DNA from: Candidatus Nanohaloarchaea archaeon
GTDB lineage: Archaea > Nanohalarchaeota > Nanosalinia > Nanosalinales > Nanosalinaceae
Reading direction: 5' to 3'
DNA: 43,174 nucleotides
NCBI GenBank assembly: GCA_046497485.1
Contig: JAWOFP010000060.1
Location: 1 to 43,174 of the forward strand
Part shown: piece after piece, positions 19,125-29,798 of the stretch
Numbering within the stretch: the stretch's first letter is position 1
Layout: each line of letters begins with the position of its first letter
The notes under the pieces: generated by a model
Database searches by the model: none
Seen by the model: the letters and a program-made list of their open reading frames with translations, nothing else
Told to the model about the DNA's origin: nothing
Program-made: the position numbers and the translations under genes

Positions 19125-21806
19125 ATGGGTATTGAGTTCGTTGAGGGAGAGGGAAATTCTGATTTACCGCAAGAATTCAGGCCTTATGTGAAGGAATGGT
19201 TCAATAATAGTTTTCCAGCACTGAGTCCTCCGCAGGAGTATTCATTCGAGTTAATTAATAATAAAGAGAACTCGTTGATCTGTGCTCCAACAGGTTCTGG
19301 AAAGACCTTATCAGCGTTCCTATCGGTTCTAGATGACTTATTTGAGAAAGGGGAAAACAATGAGCTCGAGGACAGGATTTATGCTGTCTATGTTTCTCCT
19401 TTGAGAGCATTAAATAATGATATTCAGAGAAACCTGGAAGATCCTCTCAGCGGTATAAGGGAGAAAGCAGAGGAGATGGGTTACGATGTTCCTGAAGTTA
19501 GAAGCGCAGTGAGAACCGGCGATACTACAGATGCCGAGAAAGCCAAGATGAGAGATAAACCACCGCATATTCTGATAACAACTCCTGAGTCTCTGGGGAT
19601 AATTCTTAGCTCACCAAAATTCAGAGAAAATCTTCAACAAGTAGAGTACATGATAGCGGACGAAATCCATAGTCTATCGGAGAATAAAAGAGGAGTCCAT
19701 CTTTCCCTTTCAATGGAGCGACTAGAAGACATAGCAGAAAATAAAGTTACAAGGATAGGCCTCTCAGCAACCCAAGCACCCATCAAAGATATTGCATCTT
19801 ATCTAGTAGGATTCAATGCAGAGGAAGAAACGTGGGAGCAAGAAACAGAATTTGAGCCAGTGACTGGTGCAGAAGAAGCCTCAGATGAAGATTACGAAAC
19901 TAGAGGATGCAAAATTGTGGATGTATCCGCCTCAAAAGAAATCGATATAGAGACTATCTCTCCCGTAAGAGACCTAATCTATACTCCCGGGAATGAGATT
20001 CAGGAGGCCTTGTATGACAAGATGCATAACTTGATCCAGGAGCATGAATCAACTATAATATTTACGAATACTAGAAGTGCGACGGAAAGAGTCGTCAATA
20101 ATTTGACAGAAAGATATGGAGAGTATGAAGGTGATATTGGAGCTCACCACTCATCTATGTCCCGTGAAGAAAGACTGAAAGTTGAGGAGGCCTTGAAAAA
20201 TGGAGAGTTAAGAATTGGTGTGACTTCTACTTCTCTTGAGCTTGGTGTCGATATTGGGGCAGTTGATCTAGTGATTCAGCTTGGCTCTCCTAAAGGAGTG
20301 GCTCGTGGAATTCAAAGAATCGGGCGTTCAGGCCATAAAATAGGTAAAAAAGCCAAAGGTAAGATGCTAGTCAGTGACAGAGATGACGCAATGGAGTGCT
20401 CTGTTTTAACAAAATGTGCGAAAGAAGACGACCTTGATCGAATTCAGATTCCGACTAACTGTCTAGATGTTTTAGCGCAACAAATGATAGGAATGGCGTG
20501 TGATCACAGGTGGAATATCAATCATATGTACAACCTGATTAGGAGAAGCCATTGTTATAGGCATTTGAGTAAAGATGACTTCGACTCAGTACTGAAATAC
20601 CTAGCAGGAGAGTACGAATTAGAGGATCAGAATGTCTACAGGAAGATCTGGGTTAATAGAGAGAACAATCTTCTAGGCCGCTCAGGGAAAATGACTCGTG
20701 TAATCTACATGACAAATATCGGCACAATTCCAGATGAGACAGGTTATGAGGTAGTGACTCGAGGCAACAAGAACTTTGTCGGAAGCCTAGATGAAGAGTT
20801 CCTGGATCGTCTGACTAAGGGAGATATTTTTACGCTTGGTGGATCGACTTATCAGTTCAGTTATGCGAAGGGCATGAAGGTCTATGTAGATCCTAAGCCG
20901 CAGAAACAACCAACCGTTCCTTCATGGTATTCGGAGAGACTTCCGCTTAGCTATGACCTTGGAACAAAGATAGGAGAGTTTAGGGAGAAGATCTCTCAGC
21001 AGCTGGACATGAACGTCTCAGAGGATGAAGTGATCCAGTGGACCATGCACAACTACTACCTGGATGAGTACACAGCGGACGCAGTCACCAGCTATATTCA
21101 GGAGCAACACCAGTACCTTGGAGAAGTATCAACTCATAGAAACATCACGGTAGAGAAATACATTGATGAAGAAAACCGTCAGAATATAATATTCCATACA
21201 ATCTACGGTAGAAGAGTCCATGACGCGATCGCCCGGATACTAGCGCATATACTGCAGAAAAAGTTCGGAGCCAACATTGGGATGATTATAGACGACAACG
21301 GCTTTGTACTCCAGACTCCGAGAAGGCCTGTGGACATAGAAGAGCTGATTAATGATCTTGTGAACTGTGATGCAGAGGAAGAACTTAGAGAGGCGGTTGC
21401 AAAAACCGAGTTAATGAAGAGAAGGTTTAGACATGTTGCAGGAAGATCATTAATGGTGCTACGGAACTACAAAGGAAATTCGAAGACTGTCGGCCAGCAG
21501 CAGATGAAAGGCCATTTCCTGATTTCCGCGATCAGAAACAAGTATGATGAAAGCTTCCCGATGATCAAGGAAACATACAGGGAGATTATGGAAGACGCAA
21601 TGGACTTGCCACACGCAAAAGAAGTTATTGAAGGCCTAGAAGATAGTGAAATTGAATTTAGCGTGCATGAAAGTGATATTCCTTCTCCTTTCAGCCATAA
21701 CTTATTGCTTCAGGGAAGCACTGATGTGGTTAAAATGGAAGATAAAAAAGAGAGGCTACAGAAACTTCATCAGCAGGTAATGGCCAGAATTGAGGAACAA
21801 CAATAA
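19125..21806 (+). CDS. lhr: Lhr-family SF2 ATP-dependent helicase (Lhr-core)
   Basis: APTGSGKT, SPLRALNNDI, DEIH, SAT, HHSSMS, SLELGVDIG and QRIGRSGH motifs. Confidence 0.95.
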   Translation: MGIEFVEGEGNSDLPQEFRPYVKEWFNNSFPALSPPQEYSFELINNKENSLICAPTGSGKTLSAFLSVLDDLFEKGENNELEDRIYAVYVSPLRALNNDIQRNLEDPLSGIREKAEEMGYDVPEVRSAVRTGDTTDAEKAKMRDKPPHILITTPESLGIILSSPKFRENLQQVEYMIADEIHSLSENKRGVHLSLSMERLEDIAENKVTRIGLSATQAPIKDIASYLVGFNAEEETWEQETEFEPVTGAEEASDEDYETRGCKIVDVSASKEIDIETISPVRDLIYTPGNEIQEALYDKMHNLIQEHESTIIFTNTRSATERVVNNLTERYGEYEGDIGAHHSSMSREERLKVEEALKNGELRIGVTSTSLELGVDIGAVDLVIQLGSPKGVARGIQRIGRSGHKIGKKAKGKMLVSDRDDAMECSVLTKCAKEDDLDRIQIPTNCLDVLAQQMIGMACDHRWNINHMYNLIRRSHCYRHLSKDDFDSVLKYLAGEYELEDQNVYRKIWVNRENNLLGRSGKMTRVIYMTNIGTIPDETGYEVVTRGNKNFVGSLDEEFLDRLTKGDIFTLGGSTYQFSYAKGMKVYVDPKPQKQPTVPSWYSERLPLSYDLGTKIGEFREKISQQLDMNVSEDEVIQWTMHNYYLDEYTADAVTSYIQEQHQYLGEVSTHRNITVEKYIDEENRQNIIFHTIYGRRVHDAIARILAHILQKKFGANIGMIIDDNGFVLQTPRRPVDIEELINDLVNCDAEEELREAVAKTELMKRRFRHVAGRSLMVLRNYKGNSKTVGQQQMKGHFLISAIRNKYDESFPMIKETYREIMEDAMDLPHAKEVIEGLEDSEIEFSVHESDIPSPFSHNLLLQGSTDVVKMEDKKERLQKLHQQVMARIEEQQ

Positions 21807-21838
21807 AATCTTCCTGAACCAAATATTATTCCAGTGAC

Positions 21839-23353
21839 ATGATACAGTCAATAACAAGTTTCCTCCAGAACTTTTTCCTGAATCCTTTAGGTTTTACCGC
21901 TTTACTTGCACTAATTCCATTAATTATATTTTATTTGACGAGGCCTGAACCTGAAAGAAAGGTTATGCCGAGTATGGAGTTTTTCTCCCAGGAAGAAAGA
22001 GAAAGCATGCTTCAAAACGCTATAAAGACTCTGAAATCAAATCTGATCCTGTTAATCAATATTTTCGCTATAATTTTGATGACATCGGCAGTTGCAGGCC
22101 TCTATATGGAAGGATCTGGACAGGAATCGTCTGTTGTAGTTTATGATAGATCGGCTTCAATGATAGAGGAGCATGCGTCGATGATTTCGATGGTTCAAAA
22201 TGATGCGGCTTCCGAGATAACGCTTGTGGAGGCCTCGGATACAGTTGAAGTCCATGAAGGCCTTAACCGTCAGGAAGCTGTTGATTTTATCAGAGACAAT
22301 CCTCCTGGATACTTTAAAAGCGATATGGGAACGGCACTCCAACAAGCCAGGCAGCATGAAGGCGAGTTAATTTTACTGTCGAATCTTGATGAATCAGAGT
22401 CTCTGGTAAATGATTATAGAGAGTTTGGGGCGAATAGAGGCCTGAAACAGATAGATTACTCTACTGAAAATAGATGGGGTTTCACTGAGGTTGGAGAAGA
22501 CTTTGTTGAGGTCAGGAACTACGGTGATAAAGCGGTGGAGACAAGCATATCAGTAAATGGAGAATCTCAAGAGGTAAGTCTTGAGCCCAGATCCAATAAT
22601 AGAATAAATCTGAATCTGACGGATGGGAGAAATACTGTAGAGCTCCAGATAGACAGTTTTGAGCCGGATAATACGGCGTATATTTACAGGCCTGATGATG
22701 AGGCTTTGGGCGTGGAGTATTATGGTTCGGAGAACCGTTATCTTGATACTGCTCTAGAGCTTATTGAAGGCCTAGAAAAAGTTGAGGAAAATGGAGAAAT
22801 GGTAATTCTTGATGAGGAAAATTCCGAGGTTTTCAATGATGACCGGCCTAAAGTTTTGATGCAGGGAAGCAGCTCTCACTGGGAGACTCAAGCTTCTGAG
22901 GACGTAGAGGTTGAGTTTACTGAAGTAAATGCGGGTCTCGAATCAGAAGTATATGATATTAATGCATCGGAAAATAGCCTGGCAAATCCTGGCAGAGCAT
23001 TATTTGTTGAAGAAGAAACGGTTTACTATAATTTTGAGGACTCGAAGATAAGACAGGATATCATGTATCCGGTGCTATGGAAAAACTTAGTTAATCAGAT
23101 TTCTGAGCCGCCAAACTTTCAGAACTTGAATCACAACATTCTTTTCTCTGACCAATCGGAGACAGGATTCAGTAATGGACAGAGTTACAACTTCTTTGAC
23201 CAAGATCAGGCCGACACAGAGTTCAACAGTATAGAACAAGAACTCGATTCGCAGGGATTAAAAATGAGTCAGGCCTCGCTAATCTCACTTCTTGTCCTGC
23301 TTTTAATAACAGGAGAAACACTGTTAATTCTTAACAGAGGTGTATACCATTGA
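21839..23353 (+). CDS. BatA N-terminal domain / vWA membrane protein
   Basis: FLNPLGFTALLALIPLIIFYL...PS BatA-type N-terminus, DRSAS MIDAS motif and a C-terminal TM. Confidence 0.8.
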   Translation: MIQSITSFLQNFFLNPLGFTALLALIPLIIFYLTRPEPERKVMPSMEFFSQEERESMLQNAIKTLKSNLILLINIFAIILMTSAVAGLYMEGSGQESSVVVYDRSASMIEEHASMISMVQNDAASEITLVEASDTVEVHEGLNRQEAVDFIRDNPPGYFKSDMGTALQQARQHEGELILLSNLDESESLVNDYREFGANRGLKQIDYSTENRWGFTEVGEDFVEVRNYGDKAVETSISVNGESQEVSLEPRSNNRINLNLTDGRNTVELQIDSFEPDNTAYIYRPDDEALGVEYYGSENRYLDTALELIEGLEKVEENGEMVILDEENSEVFNDDRPKVLMQGSSSHWETQASEDVEVEFTEVNAGLESEVYDINASENSLANPGRALFVEEETVYYNFEDSKIRQDIMYPVLWKNLVNQISEPPNFQNLNHNILFSDQSETGFSNGQSYNFFDQDQADTEFNSIEQELDSQGLKMSQASLISLLVLLLITGETLLILNRGVYH

Positions 23354-25533
23354 TATTCTTTGAAACACCGCATCTCATGATCCTAATTCCATTAATTATG
23401 TTCCTGGGGTGGAAGGCCTACAATATGACAGGATTGAAAAGAAAGATAGGGTTTCTAAATATTTTTACAGCTCTTATACTGGTTTTAGCAGCTGCAGGAC
23501 CTCAAATGTCTGTAACTCAGGAAGAAAACCTAAGGCCTTCAATAACTGTGATAGAAGATACTTCAGAGTCATCTAATCTAATTGAAGACTGGAGGTCAAG
23601 CGCCGATTCATCTAATTTAGATGTTAGAACTGTTAACTCTGACTCGGATAGTTTTGAGGCCCAGGTCAGAAGCATTACTGAAGAGAATCAGGATTATCTA
23701 TTTGTATCTGATCTACAGTTTGATTCAGGTCTGCCTCAGTACTTCAGTGATAACAATATTTCTATGAACTTATTAACGCCAGAAATGGTGGAGGAGCATT
23801 CGATAGAGATTAGCGGGCCTAGTCAGACGGTGATAGGCGCCGAAAACCAGTTTGAGGTCGAGGTAGACAGTTCAACTGAGGAGTCTCCTGAAGTTGAGGT
23901 CTTTCTAAATAATGAGACAGTTAAATCAGGACAGCCTCCTCTTGAATTAAACATGTCATTTGAAGAGGAAGGTGTAGAAAAACTTTCCGCAAGAATAGAG
24001 TCTGAAGACGAATATCAATCGAATAATGAATACTTTAAAGCAGTTAAAGTGAACGAAAGGCCTGAAATTGCATCTATTGGTGAAAGATCAGGACTTGAAG
24101 AAGATTTCTCAGATTTCTATGAGATTGACAGCTCTGACGGCATCCCGGAAAACTTGGACAGTTATCAGGCCTTGATTCTAAAGGAGTCTGCTGATTCTCA
24201 GGAGTTGAGGGATTACATGGTTGATGGCGGAGGCGTAATGTATACCGGAAGCGATTACTCAAGCGATTATCTCCCGGTCGCGCCTGCTGAAAAGGAGGAT
24301 AAAACTGATGCGCCTATGATCATATTTGCGATTGATATCTCTGTAGGTACGGAAGAATCTGGCGCATCGGAATCTGCAAAACAGATCGCTTACCAGTTGG
24401 TTGAAGGCCTTCCGGATAACTCTCGTGTAGGGGTGGTTGCATACAACCGTTATTCTTATGATGTGGTTGAGCCTACTTTACTAGCTTCTGATAGAGAAGG
24501 CGTTCAGTCAAAGATTTCACAGTTACAGCCTGAAGGCCCGACATTCCATAATTATGGGTTGAGGGCTTCTGAGTCAATGATTTCACGAAATCAGGGAGAA
24601 GGAAATATTGTAATGATAACAGATGGAAAGATTTCCACATTAGCGGAAAGATCCGATGTTAAAAGAGAGGCCGAGATTGAAGCAAACACGCTTTCAGGCA
24701 GATTAATTACTATAGGTGTGGGAGATAATTTCCCAGCTGAGATTGATGAAGAAGATAAGGACTTTCTGAAGAATCTTGCAGAGAGAACTGAAGGCGGATT
24801 TTATCTTGACGGGAACTCTGCAGGAGAGTTAGGCCTCACATTTGACGCAGGTGGTGGAGCAGATCAGATGCAGCCGTTAGTTGTTTCAAATAGTAATCAT
24901 TTCATCACAGAAGGTTACAGTCCGAATGCGACAGTCTTTGAAGTAGATGGTTCAAGGCCTAGAACAGCTGCGTCTCAACTCGTTTCGACGAGTAGTGGAG
25001 AGCCAGTTTTAACGACTACTAGGTATGGATTGGGAAGGATTGCGGCCTTTACGGCTGATAACCCTAACGTTGAAACTTTGATGAAGGAGGATCCTGCATT
25101 GGTTGGTAGAACAATGTCATGGGTCTCAGGACCTTTAGAGGAGGACTTATGGGTTGAAGGATCCAGGAGAGGAGATGAATTCACTATGGTTTCAAGGGAA
25201 AGAGTTTCCGGTTTTTCAAGAGAATCTAATGAAAGATATGTCAGAGAACTAAATCCTGAGGAGACAGGATTCCATGAAACAGAGAATTTGACATACAGTG
25301 TGAATTATAGGCCTGAAATCGAGGAGGTGGGCTACAATGAAGAGGAATTCTCCAGTTTCACGAATAACGGCAATGTCTACGATTCCGAGAATATCGACGT
25401 TCTTTTTGAAAGGATGGAAATGGAGACCTCGGAAAATACTGAGAATCTTGATTTGACTCCTTATCTTGTAGGCCTTGCAGTGCTGCTCTACTTAGGGTTT
25501 GTAGGGCTTAGGAAGAGAAATGGGTTGGCATAA
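23350..25533 (+). CDS. vWA domain membrane protein
   Basis: TTG start overlapping the upstream TGA. FAIDISVG, RVGVVAY, MITDG, YGLGRIAAF motifs with N- and C-terminal TMs. Confidence 0.82.
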   Translation: MIFFETPHLMILIPLIMFLGWKAYNMTGLKRKIGFLNIFTALILVLAAAGPQMSVTQEENLRPSITVIEDTSESSNLIEDWRSSADSSNLDVRTVNSDSDSFEAQVRSITEENQDYLFVSDLQFDSGLPQYFSDNNISMNLLTPEMVEEHSIEISGPSQTVIGAENQFEVEVDSSTEESPEVEVFLNNETVKSGQPPLELNMSFEEEGVEKLSARIESEDEYQSNNEYFKAVKVNERPEIASIGERSGLEEDFSDFYEIDSSDGIPENLDSYQALILKESADSQELRDYMVDGGGVMYTGSDYSSDYLPVAPAEKEDKTDAPMIIFAIDISVGTEESGASESAKQIAYQLVEGLPDNSRVGVVAYNRYSYDVVEPTLLASDREGVQSKISQLQPEGPTFHNYGLRASESMISRNQGEGNIVMITDGKISTLAERSDVKREAEIEANTLSGRLITIGVGDNFPAEIDEEDKDFLKNLAERTEGGFYLDGNSAGELGLTFDAGGGADQMQPLVVSNSNHFITEGYSPNATVFEVDGSRPRTAASQLVSTSSGEPVLTTTRYGLGRIAAFTADNPNVETLMKEDPALVGRTMSWVSGPLEEDLWVEGSRRGDEFTMVSRERVSGFSRESNERYVRELNPEETGFHETENLTYSVNYRPEIEEVGYNEEEFSSFTNNGNVYDSENIDVLFERMEMETSENTENLDLTPYLVGLAVLLYLGFVGLRKRNGLA

Positions 25534-25573
25534 AGTCCAAACCGTTAAAACTGGGTTAAGGTAATAATAGTCT

Positions 25574-26236
25574 ATGGGAGTTTTTGATGACCTGAAGGAT
25601 TCTGTTACAGCCTCCGATAAGTCAAATAATAGTAAAGGAAGGCATGGTCGTTCTTCAAATAACGATATGGATTTCGGGTCCGATATCGGATCGGATATGG
25701 GAAATGATTCTTCTGGAAACGACTTTGACCAGTTAGGCTCTCAAAATAGCCCTCAGAAACCTGGCTCACGATCTCAGAACCAAACCAACCCGAATTCTCA
25801 GAATAATCTAAATAACGGGAATAGAGGTCAGAGACAGTCTCCAAACAATCAGGCTCAGTCTGGGGCTCAAGGCCGCTCAGGCCCTCAAGGAAACTCTCGA
25901 AATCAGAGGCCTAATCAATCAAATAACCCGTCAAATCAGTTTTCTAATAATCAACCTTCCAATAGTCAAGGAGGAAATAATCCAAGTCAAGGCCGGAACC
26001 GGTCTCAAGGAAATTCTCAGAACTTTCCGAATGGCCAGGCTGGAAGGCCCAAACCGGGTAGCGATCAGCCGCAGTTAAGCCGAAATACTCAGAAAAAAAT
26101 GGAGAACGCAGGCCTAGACCCATCAGGAAATAATTTACAAGGTAATGTTGCTGATTCTAGAGAGGGAATTGAAGAGTTGAAGGCTCAGAACGATCAGATA
26201 ATTGAATTATTGAAAAGGATTAATCAGAGGCTTTGA
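25574..26236 (+). CDS. Low-complexity N/Q/S/G-rich protein with C-terminal coiled coil
   Basis: ATG after a TATA-like element. Disordered core and C-terminal IEELKAQNDQIIELLKRINQRL. Confidence 0.75.
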   Translation: MGVFDDLKDSVTASDKSNNSKGRHGRSSNNDMDFGSDIGSDMGNDSSGNDFDQLGSQNSPQKPGSRSQNQTNPNSQNNLNNGNRGQRQSPNNQAQSGAQGRSGPQGNSRNQRPNQSNNPSNQFSNNQPSNSQGGNNPSQGRNRSQGNSQNFPNGQAGRPKPGSDQPQLSRNTQKKMENAGLDPSGNNLQGNVADSREGIEELKAQNDQIIELLKRINQRL

Positions 26237-26542
26237 TTAGAAGCTTGATGTTAATCCCCATGCGCCTTTGAATCCTAGGAATCCAGCTATCCAGTACTTG
26301 TAATCAGCTAGAATAGCTGGGTCTCCTGTAATTAATATGACTGCGCTTAATACATCAGCTGCATTACCCATGATAAACATTGGATAAGGCAGTAAACTTG
26401 GTTTTAACAAAGATAGGCCTCCTTTGAAATATAGAAATCCTGCGTGGAAATGTAGAAAGCTTTCTGGCAGTGCTGAAGCTGTCATTAAAATTAAGGTGGC
26501 TGAAAGAATATCAAGAAGGCCTAATGGGTCGAGTCTGATCAT
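26237..26542 (-). CDS. Small membrane protein
   Basis: Hydrophobic, with an internally duplicated D-x-L-S-A and F-K-G motif. Abuts the NYN gene. Confidence 0.7.
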   Translation of the reverse strand: MIRLDPLGLLDILSATLILMTASALPESFLHFHAGFLYFKGGLSLLKPSLLPYPMFIMGNAADVLSAVILITGDPAILADYKYWIAGFLGFKGAWGLTSSF

Positions 26543-27004
26543 CTAATTCAGCGTTACTACTTCGTCTGCGGCGTTTTTTAATGCGGTAGAGAATCCAGGA
26601 TCCATTCCAACTATAACTGTCTCCATTCCATGCTCCTTGGCTTTCTGAATCACAGGAAGGAAATCCATGTCTCTCGTAACCAGTACAAGCACATCGATAT
26701 CTTCGTTGAAAACTGACTCCATGGCATTCACGGCCATGTAGACATCGACATCGCTTTCCTTGGCTTTCTCGCCGATTCCCTGTGAGGCCTCAAATCCTTG
26801 TGAGGCGATCGCTTCAATCAGTTTGGAGGAAGCATGCTGATTAACAAAGACTTTACCAGTCTTAATGTTACCGTATTCCTCTACCTTCTTCCTAAGATTA
26901 TCTAGATCAAGATCAAACTCTTTCCGAACCACATTAGGCCCGTCAACATAAACTGCAACATTCGGATCATTGCTAACACTGTTCTTGATTCTATTCAAAA
27001 CCAT
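26543..27004 (-). CDS. NYN domain protein (LabA/DUF88, TIGR00288-like)
   Basis: VYVDGPN, DVDV and LVTRDMDFLP motifs. Confidence 0.9.
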   Translation of the reverse strand: MVLNRIKNSVSNDPNVAVYVDGPNVVRKEFDLDLDNLRKKVEEYGNIKTGKVFVNQHASSKLIEAIASQGFEASQGIGEKAKESDVDVYMAVNAMESVFNEDIDVLVLVTRDMDFLPVIQKAKEHGMETVIVGMDPGFSTALKNAADEVVTLN

Positions 27005-27041
27005 TTTCTAAACACTGAAACAAAATTAAACCCCAGCACAT

Positions 27042-27773
27042 TTAACAGTAATACCTGAAAAACTCCTCAACATTTTCTTCAACTGAGGCCTCAACTTCTT
27101 CCACATCAACATCCTTAATCTCAGAGACTTCTTCAGTCACTTTTTCCACAAAAAGAGGGGTATTTCTATCATATTCTCCAAGATAAGGAGAATCAGTCTC
27201 GGTCAAAAGACTTTCCAATGGTACTTTCTCTACTATATTTTTCACTCGAGTAGAATGCAAGACCTGTCCAGTCACACCGATTAAATGGCCTTCTGAGATG
27301 ATTTCTTCAACAAGTTCAGGCCTGCCATTGAAGCAGTGGAAAAATCCTTTGACATCATACTCTTGAACAATCTTGAAAGCCTTTCTCTCCGCGTTCCTTG
27401 AATGAACAACTACATTTAGGTCTTCGGCTTCCGCCAGTTCAAGCATTTCTCTGAAAATCTCTTCAGATTCTTTTCTTTCCTCATCAGCTGTAATATAATT
27501 ATGGTCTAGGCCTATTTCACCTATTGCAGCGGGTTCGTTCTCGTTAATCTGTTCCTTGATTTCTTCTAAATCTGGGTGATCAAATAAAGGATGAGCCCCC
27601 TGACAGTAAATCAGTTCTTCAGAACTTTCTGAGATATTTTTCGCCTCTCTATTGTCTTTAAGATCTGTTCCTGCTATAATTGCTAAATCTAGTTTTTCCT
27701 CTATCTTAGAAATTAGTTGTTCTCTGTCCTCATCAAACTGCTCGAACTGGAGGTGGCAGTGGCCATCTATCAT
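27042..27773 (-). CDS. tatD: TatD family nuclease/hydrolase
   Basis: IDGHCHL, AIGEIGLD, HSR, HCF and ETDSPY motifs. Confidence 0.95.
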   Translation of the reverse strand: MIDGHCHLQFEQFDEDREQLISKIEEKLDLAIIAGTDLKDNREAKNISESSEELIYCQGAHPLFDHPDLEEIKEQINENEPAAIGEIGLDHNYITADEERKESEEIFREMLELAEAEDLNVVVHSRNAERKAFKIVQEYDVKGFFHCFNGRPELVEEIISEGHLIGVTGQVLHSTRVKNIVEKVPLESLLTETDSPYLGEYDRNTPLFVEKVTEEVSEIKDVDVEEVEASVEENVEEFFRYYC

Positions 27774-28354
27774 TTTTTCCTTTTTTCCCGGTTGAGTTTG
27801 GAGCCGGTTGCGCCCGTCTGTCCCATGTATTTTGTATCTTCTTTATCTCCATAAGGCTGATCTGCTCTTGAAGTCATGGTCTCAAATACTAATTGGCAGA
27901 TCCGGTCTTCTGGGTAAAGTTTGACTGGTGCGTTTCCAAGATTCTGAATCTCAAGGGTTATATCGCCTTCAAAACCGGGGTCTACGAATCCTGCAGTAGC
28001 ATGAACAATGATACCGAGCCGGCCATAACTTGATCTCCCTTCTACACGAGCAACCATGTCTTCAGGCACATTAATTTTCTCCATTGTGCTGCCGAGAATG
28101 AACTCTCCAGGATGAATCACAACTCCATCATCAGAGCTATGACGCTCCTTGGAAATATAGTCTTCGTAACTGCTCATATCTTTTGTGTCTACCATTTCAA
28201 GTTTTCTAGTATTTAATACACCGAACTCGTATCCAAGTCTCAAGTCAAATGAAGAAGGTCCGAGCTGTAGATCCATATCAAGGCCTTCGCTGCACTGAAC
28301 CGCGTCTTTATCTTCTATCAGTTTGCGCATATCCTTATCTGAGAGAATCGCCAT
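27770..28354 (-). CDS. dcd: dCTP deaminase
   Basis: SFDLRLG, EGRSSYGRLG, TAGFVDPGFEGDITLE and KYMGQ motifs. Confidence 0.96.
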   Translation of the reverse strand: MAILSDKDMRKLIEDKDAVQCSEGLDMDLQLGPSSFDLRLGYEFGVLNTRKLEMVDTKDMSSYEDYISKERHSSDDGVVIHPGEFILGSTMEKINVPEDMVARVEGRSSYGRLGIIVHATAGFVDPGFEGDITLEIQNLGNAPVKLYPEDRICQLVFETMTSRADQPYGDKEDTKYMGQTGATGSKLNREKRKK

Positions 28355-28409
28355 ACCTTGAAATTGACTTGCAGTCTTTTATTCCTTGCAGATCAATTAT
28401 TCCATACCT

Positions 28410-29798
28410 ATGAGGAAATCAGGTCTGATTCTAGTTTTTATTGTACTATTTCTGACTGGAGCAGCAGCACAAGTTACGCACAGCTTAGATGTCGAAGAAA
28501 GTCAGGCTAAGGTTAATACTACTTTGGAGCTAGACTCAGACCGAGAAGTTAATTCCTGGAATATAAATTACAGGCTGCCTGAAAACAGTGAAATTATAGA
28601 GATAAGAGATTCTTATGGAGAAATTGAGGAATATACTTACTCCGATAGAAGACTTGAATTGAAGACGAATACTGGGGATAGAAGGCAGGAAGAATATCTT
28701 AGAATCAACTATATTATCAATAAAGAAGAAAACAGTTTTTCAGGCCTCAACCATAGGACCTTTAATTTTGCAGGATTTGACGGAGAGAAAACTAGTGGAA
28801 AAGTAGAGGTAGAAAACCTGATTTCAGGGAGTATAAGCCAAGGTTTCCAGGCCTCTTACAACAAATCCATGAATTTTGAAGGAAGCGGTCCTGTCCAGTT
28901 CACAGTTAATTACGGCGAAGCAGAAGAATCTGACTACTTCATTTTCTTTGGAGAAGAACTTAATTATTCTGATATGGATCAGGCCTATGAAATTGCATTA
29001 GGCACAGTCGGTTACCAGCAGAACTTTGAGAGATTTCCTGTTGTAGTTAGAGAGGATTTTGAGGGCCAGGAATGGTCTGCAGGAGAATATACTCAGGGAA
29101 GAATTTATCTGAGGCCTTCAGACGACGCTTTCTCTGTTCTGACACATGAAACAGTTCACGGATTAAATGATAGATTGTTTAGCTGGGATCGGACCAGTAG
29201 TTCCTGGATGGATGAAGGTATTGCAAAGCATGCAGAAGATTTAGCACGTATCAGTAAGGAAGGCCGTGAAAGAAACTCAAACCTATTCGGAGGATCTGTA
29301 AAATACCGCGAAGATAGTTATATCTATACTTTGCCTTCTAGAGGCGATAGAGATGAGTTATGGAGTTACTATGAGAATGATGAAGACTGGATGAAGGACT
29401 GGGCTCCAAGAAAAGGAAATAGATCGTTCGGATATGCTTACTCAGAACTTGTAGTGAAAAATTATGTTAAGAACAATAATTCTATACAGGATATCTACTC
29501 TCAAGCTGAGCAAGAAAATAGAGTAGAAGATAACAAAGAGAAATGGAGCATTTACTCTGAATTTATTGATATGAGGCCTTGCGATTATGATTCAAGGAGC
29601 CGGTTTGACGAATGCCTCGATGAGATAAATAATCAAAGGTACCGGGTCTTGCTTGCTCAACCATCTGAATCAAGAACAGAAGTTGCTTATAGAGAAGCTG
29701 AGATACCTGAAAGAGAACTGAACAAGCCTCTAAACTCAGATTTCTCAGGATTAATTGAAAAACTGGTTAAATGGCTAAATGAGGTTTTAGGCCTGTGA
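28410..29798 (+). CDS. Secreted gluzincin-type metallopeptidase
   Basis: Signal peptide from ATG 28410, with HETVH plus downstream WMDEGIA. Confidence 0.75.
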   Translation: MRKSGLILVFIVLFLTGAAAQVTHSLDVEESQAKVNTTLELDSDREVNSWNINYRLPENSEIIEIRDSYGEIEEYTYSDRRLELKTNTGDRRQEEYLRINYIINKEENSFSGLNHRTFNFAGFDGEKTSGKVEVENLISGSISQGFQASYNKSMNFEGSGPVQFTVNYGEAEESDYFIFFGEELNYSDMDQAYEIALGTVGYQQNFERFPVVVREDFEGQEWSAGEYTQGRIYLRPSDDAFSVLTHETVHGLNDRLFSWDRTSSSWMDEGIAKHAEDLARISKEGRERNSNLFGGSVKYREDSYIYTLPSRGDRDELWSYYENDEDWMKDWAPRKGNRSFGYAYSELVVKNYVKNNNSIQDIYSQAEQENRVEDNKEKWSIYSEFIDMRPCDYDSRSRFDECLDEINNQRYRVLLAQPSESRTEVAYREAEIPERELNKPLNSDFSGLIEKLVKWLNEVLGL

